In this document: positions 63,068-64,000 of the stretch, in pieces
Numbering within the stretch: the first letter of the stretch is position 1
How the letters are laid out: every line of letters begins with the position of its first letter
NCBI GenBank assembly: GCA_036172245.1
Contig: JAYWIR010000015.1
Location: forward strand, 2,294,001 to 2,358,000
DNA length: 64,000 nt
DNA from: Raillietiella orientalis
Taxonomy: Eukaryota
Direction of reading: 5' to 3'
The notes under the pieces: model-generated
What the model was told of the DNA's origin: nothing
Databases searched by the model: none
What the model saw: only the letters and a program-made list of their open reading frames with translations
Translations under genes and position numbers: made by a program

Positions 63068-64000
63068 AAAGCCACATCTGCACTTTGTTTTTAAGAGAAC
63101 GCTATGTGCGTATCCCACGAGCTTTTCGAAACTTTTTGCAAAAGATGCTCACGAAATTCAACGAGCAGCCTTTGAACACACAAGAATCGGCACTGGGGGT
63201 TCACAAAAGTTCGTAGGGTAACGTGGTAACAGGGGAAAAGAACAGGAAGATACAGAGCACCTGATTAATGACGTGTCGTTAACGTATATGGGAGGAACAC
63301 GAACTCTGGGATTTCGAAAGAGACATTACAAGAGACAAAATGAAGATTCTGATGTAATTTCATCACAATCATGTCTTCGCACCAAGCACAACAGCTGTTT
63401 ATGGTTAAAAACAAATCAATGCAAAATCATTCATCCTGTGATTCATTGCTGACATCGTCCACAAGTCGGGGGCTTATCGTTGGTCGCCTTGCCGACGCTA
63501 ATGAAATCTGGGAAGAAGTTCCAGACGGAAAACATAGCATCAACCGACCTTCCGCCAAAAGCATACCTAGTGCCTTGGAAAAAATCAGCAGCAGCAGCAG
63601 CTGTGTCACAGAAGGCAATGATTACTGAACGGCAGAACCAGAAGGGAGTAATCACAACTAATGACCAAAAAGCACACAAAAACTGGAGCACGAATCGATC
63701 TCGCAAAAGCTACAAAAGTTTGGAAATGCAGCGATTCTTAATAGGACTCTGTAAAAAGCTTGCCATCGGATACTTTTCCAAAGGTTTTATATTTTCGGAA
63801 ATGAAAAAGCCACGTTTTCAAGGAGGAGGGGAGACGGTCTTTTTAGCAAGGGTCAGGAACCCCAAAACAGTGAATACCCAAATACAAATCTGAAACCCAA
63901 ATAACGGAAAGTAGCAACTTCCCCTTCCCTTACCTGCAAAGACGTCTTACTGAGGATCAATACTCTTTAAGCATAGTCTTTAAAAGATCAATTAAGGGGA

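Noticed and set aside
63427..63618. Short ORF with a signal-peptide-like Leu run
   Set aside because: The run comes from a (CAG)5 microsatellite, the start is non-ATG, and it lies inside a SMARCAL1 intron.
1..64000. CRISPR arrays, rRNA, tRNA or prokaryotic operons
   Set aside because: None seen; the window is spliced eukaryotic DNA. A covariance-model scan would be needed to exclude small RNA genes.

Overview
This is eukaryotic, invertebrate (probably arthropod-like) nuclear DNA with many 39-57 nt introns mixed with kb-scale introns full of transposon remnants. Four spliced genes can be assembled from the sequence. (1) RGS12/loco (PDZ-PTB-RGS-RBD-GoLoco), minus strand, 1367-8072. (2) A strongly diverged BAIAP3/Munc13-4-like gene (C2-MUN-C2), plus strand, ~21947-41581, whose C2 domains appear to have lost most Ca2+-binding aspartates. 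(3) An intact M13 endothelin-converting-enzyme/Nep3-like peptidase, minus strand, 45238-56886. (4) The last two exons of SMARCAL1, minus strand, 62108-62467. Intergenic and intronic DNA holds decayed L1/Tx1-like, RLE-type (NeSL/Utopia-like), probable Gypsy and Penelope remnants, plus a MITE-like inverted repeat. The highlight is a ~1.7 kb endogenous CRESS-DNA (circular ssDNA) virus of roughly genome length inside intron 3 of the ECE gene (~52860-54590). It has a pseudogenised Rep with all three rolling-circle motifs and Walker A/B, a divergently oriented Arg-rich capsid-like gene, and a degenerate TAGTATTAC-type origin between them. All gene models and family assignments were made by eye, without database searches.
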